In this document: in pieces, positions 28,532 to 35,700 of the stretch
How the letters are laid out: each line of letters starts with the position of its first letter
Position numbering within the stretch: the stretch's first letter is position 1
Source: Candidatus Bipolaricaulota bacterium
Lineage (GTDB): Bacteria; Bipolaricaulota; Bipolaricaulia; UBA7950; UBA9294
Direction: 5' to 3'
DNA length: 35,700 nt
Assembly: GCA_015485945.1 (NCBI GenBank)
Contig: WFSM01000063.1
Coordinates: 1-35,700, forward strand
Made by a program: the position numbers and the translations under genes
The notes under the pieces: model-generated
The model's input: the letters and a program-made list of their open reading frames with translations, nothing else
Database searches by the model: none
Told to the model about the DNA's origin: nothing

Positions 28532-29905
28532 TCAAGTGAGAGGAATCGTTACAGTGAACCGCGCGCCGCCGGTGGGGACGTTCTCCGCCCGGATATCACC
28601 GCCGTGCGCCTCGACCCACTGCTTGGCGATTGCTAATCCCAGTCCCGATCCGCCGCTTGTCCGCGTCCGTGCCCGATCGCCGCGGTAAAACCGCTCGAAC
28701 AGATGCGGCAAGTCATCAGGCGCAATCCCCGGCCCGGTGTCCGTCACGGTGAGTTCAATCTTGTCCTCGATCCGGCGCAGTACGATCTCGATCCGCCCGT
28801 CCGCAGGCGTGTACCGCACGGCGTTGCTCACTAGGTTCACAATCACCTGGCGGATGCGCATCGCATCGACGGATACCAGCGGTATTTCTCCTTCTTGCGT
28901 CATGTTAATGTTGGGGCCAGTGTCGAGTGCACCGGCGACCGTATCCGCCACTTGGTGGGTGAGAGCGACAATGTCGGTCGGAGTCCGGTTAAGTGGGAGC
29001 TCGCCGGCGTCGGCAAGCGACAGCTCGCGTAGGTCGTCGATCAATCGCCCGAGGTGGAGCGTCTCCTCGTAGATCGGGGCGATCGTCTCCGGCGTCGGCT
29101 CGTAAATTCCGTCCAGTATTGCCTCTAAGTTGCCCTGGATGATCGACACCGGGGTGCGAAGTTCATGGGCGATGTCCGCGGTCATCGTTTGGCGGACGCG
29201 TTCCGAACGGCGGAGATTGTCCATCATGCGGTTAAACGACTCACCGAGTTGGCCGAACTCATCGCGCGCCCGCAGAACTACGCGCTGAGTCAGATCTCCG
29301 TGTGCGATTCGTTCCGTCGCCCGCGATAGCATGCGCAATGGTGACAAAACCTGGGACAGAAGAATCATGGACAGGAATAACGCGACGCCCGTGGCAATCC
29401 CACCTCCAAGCAGCGCGGATTGCTTCGCTGAGTTGAGGAATTTCTCCTCGGCGGGATCGAGCGTTGCCGACTTCGTATCGAGGAGAAGTGTCCCCACCCG
29501 GGTATTCCCGATCTTGATTGGGATACCGGCCTTAATCTGTTTTGAAGTGAGGCTCTTTCCGACTTCGTCGGCGGTGGTGGACACAACGACTTTTCCGGTC
29601 TCGTCGGCGAGGGAAAACCCGCCGATCATCGACGTCCGCCGCGCGATTACATGGCCGTTGATCACCACGGTGTACTGCGTGGACAGCAGCCGCTCAATCC
29701 CAACCCAACTTCCGTTGAGCATTCGGTATTCGGCGAGCAGCCCGCACACCTGGTGCGCAATCTGCTGCTTGTTTTGGGTGCGGAACTGGTCAAACCGCGT
29801 TGTAATTGAGTGAGCGGTGAGAAAGTACACAAGTGCAACCGCGATCATGATCACAATCACGAATGACAATCCGAGCTTGAGCGCGAACGGAAACCGCCGT
29901 TTCAT
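28532..29905 (-). CDS. HAMP-domain sensor histidine kinase (BaeS-like)
   Basis: Start MKRRF at 29905; two TM helices, HAMP, ADIAHELRTP, NLVSNAVRYT, DTGPGI, FERFYRGD, GSGLGLAI. Confidence 0.95.
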   Translation of the reverse strand: MKRRFPFALKLGLSFVIVIMIAVALVYFLTAHSITTRFDQFRTQNKQQIAHQVCGLLAEYRMLNGSWVGIERLLSTQYTVVINGHVIARRTSMIGGFSLADETGKVVVSTTADEVGKSLTSKQIKAGIPIKIGNTRVGTLLLDTKSATLDPAEEKFLNSAKQSALLGGGIATGVALFLSMILLSQVLSPLRMLSRATERIAHGDLTQRVVLRARDEFGQLGESFNRMMDNLRRSERVRQTMTADIAHELRTPVSIIQGNLEAILDGIYEPTPETIAPIYEETLHLGRLIDDLRELSLADAGELPLNRTPTDIVALTHQVADTVAGALDTGPNINMTQEGEIPLVSVDAMRIRQVIVNLVSNAVRYTPADGRIEIVLRRIEDKIELTVTDTGPGIAPDDLPHLFERFYRGDRARTRTSGGSGLGLAIAKQWVEAHGGDIRAENVPTGGARFTVTIPLT

Positions 29906-30222
29906 AAAAGCCCTCCACTGGATACCCCACAGCTTGCTGGGGGGAAGGAAACGGGAATTTGCCGTCCGCGAATGGGTTCGTTGTCTGTCGGATTGCATAA
30001 CCTCGGCGACGGAGAACGTCGGGCGCAAGACCCGCTGCTACGAGAAACCTGGCTTTCCATAGTGGCTACCCCATGAAACAAGGTTTCACGGGGCAGGCCT
30101 TGTGTACGCCGTTGTTCTCCTATGTCCGTGTAGCTACAAAGCGACACAGCAACCTTCAACATGAGGATCAACCCCGCTTTAGACCTCTAATGTCCCCACA
30201 GCTTGCTGCGGGGTTCTTTTAC
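29906..30222 (-). mobile_element. Non-autonomous IS200/IS605-type element with HEARO/omegaRNA-like body, copy 2 (317 bp)
   Basis: Preceded by TTCAT (29901-29905) and ends in TTTAC; terminal hairpins at 29925-29944 and 30194-30213; deleting it restores an ATGA gene overlap. Confidence 0.78.
30069..30097 (-). repeat. REP-like hairpin nested in element copy 2
   Basis: Minus strand CCTG-CCCCGTGAAAC-ctt-GTTTCATGGGG; absent at the homologous position in copy 1. Confidence 0.55.
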
Positions 30223-30905
30223 TTCTCATCCCGGGTAAACCGATACCCCACTCCGTGCACGGTCAGTATGTAGCGCGGGTTTTTCGGGTCCTCATCTAAC
30301 TTTCTCCGGATGTTCTTGACGTGGGTGTCAATCGTGCGTGCGAATGAGTCGTACGTGTACCCTTGCACCTCACGCAGCAACTGCAGCCGGGTGAACACCT
30401 GGCCAGGATGGCGGGCGAGGAATACGAGCAAATCAAACTCGGTTGGGGTGAGCTCGACCGACTTACCGGCCAGCGTCACTTCCCGTGCCTTGAGATCGAT
30501 TGCAAGGTCTCCGACCTCGATTCGCTCCGGCTCAGCGCTCTTGCCCTCACTGCGCCGCAGGACAGCCCGCACCCGCGCTACGAGCTCGCGGGGGGAGAAC
30601 GGCTTTACCACGTAATCGTCCGCCCCGAGTTCGAGTCCAACAATGCGGTCAGTCTCCGCCGCTTTGGCAGTGAGCATGATGATCGGAACATTCGACCGGG
30701 TGCGGATACGTTTCGTCACATCTATCCCGCTCATCTTGGGAAGCATCAAATCAAGCACGATTAAATCAGGCCCCTTGTCCGCAAATTCTTGCAGCGCTTC
30801 CTCGCCATCATATGCAGCATAGGTCTTGAACCCTTCCCGTTCCAGATACGCCCGCACCGTGCGCACAATCATCTCTTCATCGTCAACTACCAAGACTCGT
30901 TTCAT
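30219..30905 (-). CDS. OmpR/PhoB family response regulator
   Basis: VVDDE, LDLMLP, MLTAK, GADDYVVKPF, LTPTEFDLL, TVHGVGYRF. Confidence 0.96.
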   Translation of the reverse strand: MKRVLVVDDEEMIVRTVRAYLEREGFKTYAAYDGEEALQEFADKGPDLIVLDLMLPKMSGIDVTKRIRTRSNVPIIMLTAKAAETDRIVGLELGADDYVVKPFSPRELVARVRAVLRRSEGKSAEPERIEVGDLAIDLKAREVTLAGKSVELTPTEFDLLVFLARHPGQVFTRLQLLREVQGYTYDSFARTIDTHVKNIRRKLDEDPKNPRYILTVHGVGYRFTRDEK

Positions 30906-31016
30906 ATCGATTTATTATACCATAGCCGGGTAAGAACCAGGGGCCCCGCGTCCGTCGGTCGGCTCCCTATGTGCTTGGGGCGCCCTGGATATCTCAAATG
31001 TAGTGTAATTGCGCCC

Positions 31017-31055
31017 TGTGAATCACCCGTGACAGAAATGTGAAGATCCTGTGGT
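31017..31055. promoter_or_regulatory. 11-bp-periodic direct repeats, probable OmpR/PhoB-type binding array
   Basis: TGTGAA at 31017, CGTGAC at 31028, TGTGAA at 31039, TGTGGT at 31050. Confidence 0.5.
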
Positions 31056-31114
31056 GACCGCATTGCTTTTCCCTCGCGTCGCCACTACCATAGTTCTCCG
31101 ATCGGAGGGGAAAT

Positions 31115-32188
31115 ATGCGCACAGTCCTTATCGTTTCCACGGAGAACGGCTCGGGCAAGAGCCTGCTCACGCTTGGATTCGGGTTGTCACTTCGGGAGCA
31201 GAAGACTCCGTTTGCGTACATGAAGCCGATCAGCTCGAATGTGCGTTACGCCACTGGCGAACCGCTTGACCGCGACGCCGGAACGATTCGGGAGATCCTC
31301 GGACTAACTGACGACTTGAAAGACATCGCTCCGGTGGCGCTTGAGGGCCCGTTTCTGCAGGAGGCGATTGAATCGGGCGATCGCGGGTTCCGCCGCCGTA
31401 TCATCGAGGCGTTCACCCGCATCACTGCTGATCGCCAAGTGGCACTGATCGAAGGGCGCCGTTACCTCGGACTGGGAATCGGAGCTGGATTAAGCGATCT
31501 CGACCTGTCCGAAGCACTTGCTGCCGACGTTCTCCTCCTCACGAGTTACGACGGCGAGGAAGCGATCGACCGGGTCTTGTGCGCGCTTCGCATGTTGGAA
31601 GGCGGACCAAACATCATTGGGGTCGTGCTTACTGAGGTGGCGATGGAAACGCAATTTGAGCAGGTCCGCGACGTGTTTGTCCCGTTTCTCGCCGACCGTG
31701 GCGCCGAGGTGCTGGGAATCATCCCGTACGAACGGCGGTTGCGATGGGTGAGCGTGGAAGATATCGCCGACCGACTCGGCGGCAAGGTACTCACCGCTGT
31801 GCCGCTCAACCTCCCGGTAGAGAACTTCCTGATTGGGGCGATGTCCCCACGCACGGCGCTGCGCAGCTTTCGCCGTACTCCCGATCTTGGCGTGATCACC
31901 GGTGGTGATCGCGTTGACCTCCAGGAAGCCGCGCTCACCGTCCCCAGCTTGCACTGCTTGATCCTCACGGGAAACATCCGCCCACCGCGGCGGATCATCG
32001 ATCTGGCCAACGCCCGCGGGGTACCGGTTATTGTTGTCGGTCAACACACTCTTGCTGCGGCCCAGTTGTGCCAGGAACTGCCCGGCCGTGCCCGTTTGCG
32101 CCCGGGCGAGCGCCTCGATGAGGCAATCGAGCTTGTACGAAAAAACGTCGATCTGGAGTTGATCCTGGAAAAGGCAACCGACCGCTAG
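31115..32188 (+). CDS. Phosphotransacetylase N-terminal-like (BioD-like P-loop + DRTGG) protein
   Basis: STENGSGKS P-loop, YMKPI, LIEG, IGAM, ITGGDRVD, LILTG; no Pta catalytic domain. Confidence 0.85.
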   Translation: MRTVLIVSTENGSGKSLLTLGFGLSLREQKTPFAYMKPISSNVRYATGEPLDRDAGTIREILGLTDDLKDIAPVALEGPFLQEAIESGDRGFRRRIIEAFTRITADRQVALIEGRRYLGLGIGAGLSDLDLSEALAADVLLLTSYDGEEAIDRVLCALRMLEGGPNIIGVVLTEVAMETQFEQVRDVFVPFLADRGAEVLGIIPYERRLRWVSVEDIADRLGGKVLTAVPLNLPVENFLIGAMSPRTALRSFRRTPDLGVITGGDRVDLQEAALTVPSLHCLILTGNIRPPRRIIDLANARGVPVIVVGQHTLAAAQLCQELPGRARLRPGERLDEAIELVRKNVDLELILEKATDR

Positions 32189-32601
32189 TCCGGTTCTATT
32201 ACGGCCTCCCACGTTACCTGTGTCACCTTGTTGATGGTGTTGGTAATCGGGCAATAGCGTTCCATTGACAGTTTAATTGCCTTTTCCGCGTTGGCGCGGG
32301 GAACGTCGCCCTTGAACCGATACACAATGTGCAGCCGAGTTATCACCTTCGGATACTCAGGTGCCCGTTCGTCCTCAATCTCAATTCGAAATGAAGTCGG
32401 CACCGTATGCATCTTACGCAGGATTGAGATCACATCCATGCCTGTGCATCCGCCGAGCGCGCACAACATCGTCTCCACTGGCCGCAGAGCGGTATCCTCG
32501 CCGCCCACGTTGGGGTCGGAGTCCATCAGCAGCGCGTGTCCGCTCTCTCCTTGGCCGACAAACTGCATTCCATCTACAAATTTAACGATCGTATTCCCCA
32601 T
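32185..32601 (-). CDS. OsmC/YhfA family protein
   Basis: SGH...MD..P..GG....RP.E....LGGCTGMDV..IL.K, S.ERYCPI. Confidence 0.9.
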   Translation of the reverse strand: MGNTIVKFVDGMQFVGQGESGHALLMDSDPNVGGEDTALRPVETMLCALGGCTGMDVISILRKMHTVPTSFRIEIEDERAPEYPKVITRLHIVYRFKGDVPRANAEKAIKLSMERYCPITNTINKVTQVTWEAVIEPD

Positions 32602-32613
32602 TGCTCCTCCAAA

Positions 32614-32661
32614 TATTTAACTATTTAAATACTTGACTTCCACCATCACGCTGGATATCAT
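32614..32661 (+). promoter_or_regulatory. ArsR-type operator palindrome plus sigma70 promoter
   Basis: TATTTAA-CTAT-TTAAATA (32614-32631) next to TTGACT (32633-32638), 17-nt spacer, TATCAT (32656-32661). Confidence 0.65.
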
Positions 32662-32692
32662 TCTAGGCCAATGCGGCCAAAGGAGCAACTAA

Positions 32693-32971
32693 ATGGGGAA
32701 AGACGAAACGAGAAAATACTGGGTAGAAGTGTTCTCCGCGTTGGCGAGCGAACCGCGCTTGCAGATTGTGCAGATGATCACCGGGCGCAAGGTTGATTGC
32801 CAGGAGATCCTGGAGGAGTTACCATTGAGTCAACCGGCGATATCCTATCATCTCGGCAGGCTCGAACGGGCCGGGGTGCTCGTCAAAGAGCGGAAAGGTA
32901 CGCATAACTGCTACCATTTAAACCAGAGCCTATTAGCTTTAATCAATCTGTTGGAGGAGGATCTAGGATGA
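32693..32971 (+). CDS. ArsR/SmtB family transcriptional regulator
   Basis: FSALASEPRLQI, LSQPAISYHLGRLERAGVL..ERKG; two Cys residues; AAGGAG RBS. Confidence 0.9.
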   Translation: MGKDETRKYWVEVFSALASEPRLQIVQMITGRKVDCQEILEELPLSQPAISYHLGRLERAGVLVKERKGTHNCYHLNQSLLALINLLEEDLG

Positions 32972-33207
32972 GCCATGAGGTTATAGTTTACACCACACCG
33001 ACTTGCCCATGGTGTCAGGCGACGAAGGAGTACCTGCGGGCACGTGAGATCGACTTTGAAGAGGTTGACGTTTCGGCCGATCCCGCCGCGGCGCAGGAGA
33101 TGATCGAGAAAAGCGGGCAGATGGGAACCCCGGTTGTGGACATCGACGGTGAGGTTATCGTTGGGTTCAACAAGCCGGAGATCGATCGGCTGCTAGACTT
33201 AAACTAG
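32968..33207 (+). CDS. Glutaredoxin-like protein (NrdH/YruB type)
   Basis: VYTTPTCPWC, KSGQMGTPV, IVGF. Confidence 0.92.
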   Translation: MSHEVIVYTTPTCPWCQATKEYLRAREIDFEEVDVSADPAAAQEMIEKSGQMGTPVVDIDGEVIVGFNKPEIDRLLDLN

Positions 33208-33216
33208 GAGGAAACA

Positions 33217-33858
33217 ATGGCACTTATTGGAAAAGAGGATCAAGAGTATCTGCGGAACGAATTTTTGCGGTTGGAGCGCCCGGTTAAGCTTGTGCTGTTC
33301 ACGAGTGCGTCGTGCGCGTCGTGCGCGGACACCAAAACTCTACTTGATGAAACAGCCACTCTGTCGGACAAGATTTCCGTGATCAGCTATGACATCGATA
33401 ATGACGCGGACAAGGCTCAGGAGTACGGCGTCAACGGGCGTGCTCCCACAATTGCGGTCGTCGGTGATGAGGACTCCCACATTCGGTTCTACGGGATCCC
33501 GGCCGGCTACGAGTTCGGGACGCTGATCGAGGACATCATCGATGTCGGTCGCGGGGAAACCGGACTGACGGATGCCACCAAGGCTGCGCTTGCGGAACTG
33601 TCCGAGCCGGTTCACATCCAGGTATTCGTTACCCCAAGTTGCCCGTACTGCCCGCGGGCGGCACGGACCGCGCACATGATGGCGCTTGAGTCCGACAAAG
33701 TGAACTCCGACGTCATCCTGGCAGGCGAGTTCCCCGAGCTGTCCAACCAGTACAACGTGATGGCCGTCCCCAAGGTGGTCATCAACGAGGACACCAGTTT
33801 TGAGGGGGCAATTCCAGAAGAAGACTTCCTGTCGTTCGTCAAGCAGGCCGTCGTCTAA
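33217..33858 (+). CDS. Protein disulfide oxidoreductase (PDO / AhpF N-terminal-like, two thioredoxin folds)
   Basis: CASC and CPYC motifs, GIPAGYEF, VMAVP, FEGA.PE. Confidence 0.9.
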   Translation: MALIGKEDQEYLRNEFLRLERPVKLVLFTSASCASCADTKTLLDETATLSDKISVISYDIDNDADKAQEYGVNGRAPTIAVVGDEDSHIRFYGIPAGYEFGTLIEDIIDVGRGETGLTDATKAALAELSEPVHIQVFVTPSCPYCPRAARTAHMMALESDKVNSDVILAGEFPELSNQYNVMAVPKVVINEDTSFEGAIPEEDFLSFVKQAVV

Positions 33859-33885
33859 CCGGTACCGGTTGCGAAGATTTAGCTC

Positions 33886-33922
33886 ACAGCGCCTCGGGGT
33901 ATCCCGGGGCGCTGTTCTTGTT
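33886..33922 (+). terminator. Intrinsic terminator after the redox operon
   Basis: ACAGCGCCTCGGG-GTAT-CCCGGGGCGCTGT followed by TCTTGTT. Confidence 0.65.
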
Positions 33923-33952
33923 CCGCGGCGAACAGGAAGATAAGGTAAAACC

Positions 33953-34654
33953 ATGGGAAAGATCATCCTTATAATCGATGATGAGCGGGAGCTCGTCGGT
34001 TCAATTGCCGACTACCTGCGACAGGCAGGGTATCGCCCGATCGGAGTATACGACGGCGCATCGGCACTCGACCGGGTTGCGGAGGATCGGCCCGATTTAG
34101 TAATCCTCGATCTCGGGCTGCCGGATATCGACGGGCTCGATGTCGCACGCGCCATCCGCGACCGAGGTGATATTCCGATTATCATGCTTACCGCGCGAGC
34201 GCAGGAAATTGATCGCATCGTCGGTCTCGAGATCGGGGCTGACGATTACATTGCCAAGCCGTTCTCCCCACGCGAGCTTGTGTTGCGCGTCCAGGCGGTG
34301 CTACGACGGTTGGCCGGTCCGGGGCCGGAGGCACCAGTGCGAATCAGCGATCTTGTGATCGACCTTACTGGGCGTGAAGTGACACGCGCCGGCAAGCCGG
34401 TTGAACTTACCCCAACTGAATTTGACCTCCTCGCGTTTCTCGTCCGCCGTCCCAACCGTGTGTTCACGCGCATGCAGCTGTTGCGCGAAGTGCAGGGATA
34501 CACTACCCCCGCTCTGATGCGCAACGTCGATAACCACATTATGAATCTGCGTCGCAAGATCGAGCCCGATCCGGCCACCCCGCAACTCATCAAGACGGTG
34601 TACGGGGTCGGGTACAAACTCGTTGTTCCGAAAGGAGGCGCCGACGCGGATTAG
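33953..34654 (+). CDS. OmpR/PhoB family response regulator (paralog of 30219-30905)
   Basis: IIDDE, LDLGLP, MLTAR, GADDYIAKPF, LTPTEFDLL, TVYGVGYK. Confidence 0.96.
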   Translation: MGKIILIIDDERELVGSIADYLRQAGYRPIGVYDGASALDRVAEDRPDLVILDLGLPDIDGLDVARAIRDRGDIPIIMLTARAQEIDRIVGLEIGADDYIAKPFSPRELVLRVQAVLRRLAGPGPEAPVRISDLVIDLTGREVTRAGKPVELTPTEFDLLAFLVRRPNRVFTRMQLLREVQGYTTPALMRNVDNHIMNLRRKIEPDPATPQLIKTVYGVGYKLVVPKGGADAD

Positions 34655-35700
34655 GGAAATATCACTTCGCTCTAAACTGTTTTTGGGGCTTGCCGTCGCC
34701 GTTTTCGCCTCGTTGGGAGCGGTGTACTGGCTGGCAACCAACCTCCTCATCAGCGATGCGATGGGATACATCGCAGCGGAACACGCAACACAGGCAATGG
34801 GGATTAAATCCAGTCTAGCTGACTATTACGCGACGAACGGAAGCTGGAGCGGGGTGGGGAATGTGTTTTCCAGTCACGGGCCATCCCGCGGTGGGATGAG
34901 AGGATCGGGCGGGATGTTCCTCCTCACTGACTCCGCTGGGAACGTAATTTACGCAACTTCCTCCAGTGCACGCCCGGCGAAGATATCGCCCCGTCTGCGT
35001 GCCAGGGGAATTCCGATTATCGTTGCCGGGAAGACAGTGGGAATCCTGTTCACGGGTCCTCTCCTCGGCCAATTTACTGATGTTGAAGCCCGCCTTCTCG
35101 CCTCCATCCAGCGCACTGTCGCTTACGCCGCAGCGATAAGCGTGGGGATCGCATTGTTAATTGGAATCGTGTTGGTCCGGATCATCACCGCTCCGTTCGT
35201 CCGGCTAACTGCTGCCACGCGGGCGATCGCGGCCGGCGACCTAGCCAAATCGGTCGCAGTTCACGGAGACGACGAGATCGGGCGGCTTGGGGCCGTGTTG
35301 GACGAGCTGCGCATGGGGCTCGCGCGGTCTGAGGGAGTACGCCGCCGGATGCTTGCCGACGTTGCCCACGAGCTCCGTAACCCACTTGCCATCGTGCGGG
35401 CCAAGATCGAGGCGATGCTTGACGGGGTTCAGCCCGCTGATGAGGAAAACCTAGTAAAAGTGAACGAACAGTTGGAGCATCTCGCGGGATTGATCGACGA
35501 CCTTCAAGATATCGCCCTTGCCGAAGCACACGAACTTCCGTTGCATCGTAAACCGGTCGACCTGGAGGCATTTCTACGTGGCGTGGCCGCTGACGCCCGT
35601 GTTCTCCTGTCCGGCACGGGAAAGGAGTTCCAACTGGATATTCCGCCCGTGCTGCCGGCGGTGACGGCCGATCCACAGCGATTACATCAAATTGTGTGGA
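34644..35700 (+). CDS. HAMP-domain sensor histidine kinase (BaeS-like), 3' truncated by window edge; start codon uncertain
   Basis: Not in the ORF track. Manual translation gives (T)RIREISLRSKLFLGLAVAVF...LADYYATNGSWSGV...DEIGRLG...ADVAHELRNPL; RBS-positioned codon is ACG (34644), first canonical in-frame start is TTG 34683. Confidence 0.88.

Noticed and set aside
29906-30028. 41-aa N-terminal extension of the kinase in the ORF track
   Set aside because: It lies within the inserted element; the supported start is ATG 29905 with an RBS
27645-30171. Similar ~90-aa ORFs MILMLK... at 27645-27917 and 29902-30171
   Set aside because: The similarity comes from the repeated element. Both have TTG starts without an RBS and their middles are non-homologous at protein level; the C-terminal FLP...GVS text just reflects the terminal hairpin
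27649-30222. Composite transposon carrying the kinase and ykuK between the two element copies
   Set aside because: The copies are substantially diverged and the kinase belongs to the regulator outside the pair; independent insertions are more parsimonious
33857-33870. Perfect palindrome AACCGGTACCGGTT after the PDO stop
   Set aside because: Single occurrence upstream of a terminator with no associated promoter; may be chance
1-35700. CRISPR arrays, tRNA/rRNA genes, autonomous transposases or integrases
   Set aside because: No regularly spaced repeats, cloverleafs or recombinase motifs seen by eye; intergenic spaces are short and mostly explained

Overview
GC-rich bacterial chromosomal window; the taxon cannot be fixed from sequence alone. 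It begins with housekeeping genes (partial ribD, purB, plsY, ftsH, dxr). A long accessory stretch follows: NIF3-like protein, hydantoinase/oxoprolinase A+B, short asparaginase, chromate-transporter pair, TauE/SafE exporter, HD hydrolase, oligoendopeptidase F, MFS, PadR-ABC-2 efflux operon, S9 peptidase-GNAT-TsaA-flavin reductase-GNAT, TrpB2 and YkuK. It ends with two paralogous OmpR/BaeS-like two-component pairs flanking a DRTGG gene and an OsmC/ArsR/glutaredoxin/PDO redox cluster. Two things stand out. (1) An AT-richer minus-strand cassette encodes a 41-aa signal-peptide-like peptide (ending SGATDKWGY) with its own terminator, a multi-TM HD-GYP phosphodiesterase and a DUF5317 membrane protein with candidate catalytic Asp motifs. 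I propose this is a peptide-signal to c-di-GMP system. (2) Two diverged 317-bp ORF-less IS200/IS605-type elements have IscB/HEARO omegaRNA-like architecture and both sit next to TTCAT (ATGAA). One sits in the ATGA stop/start overlap of a two-component operon and supplies both a replacement stop codon and an RBS.
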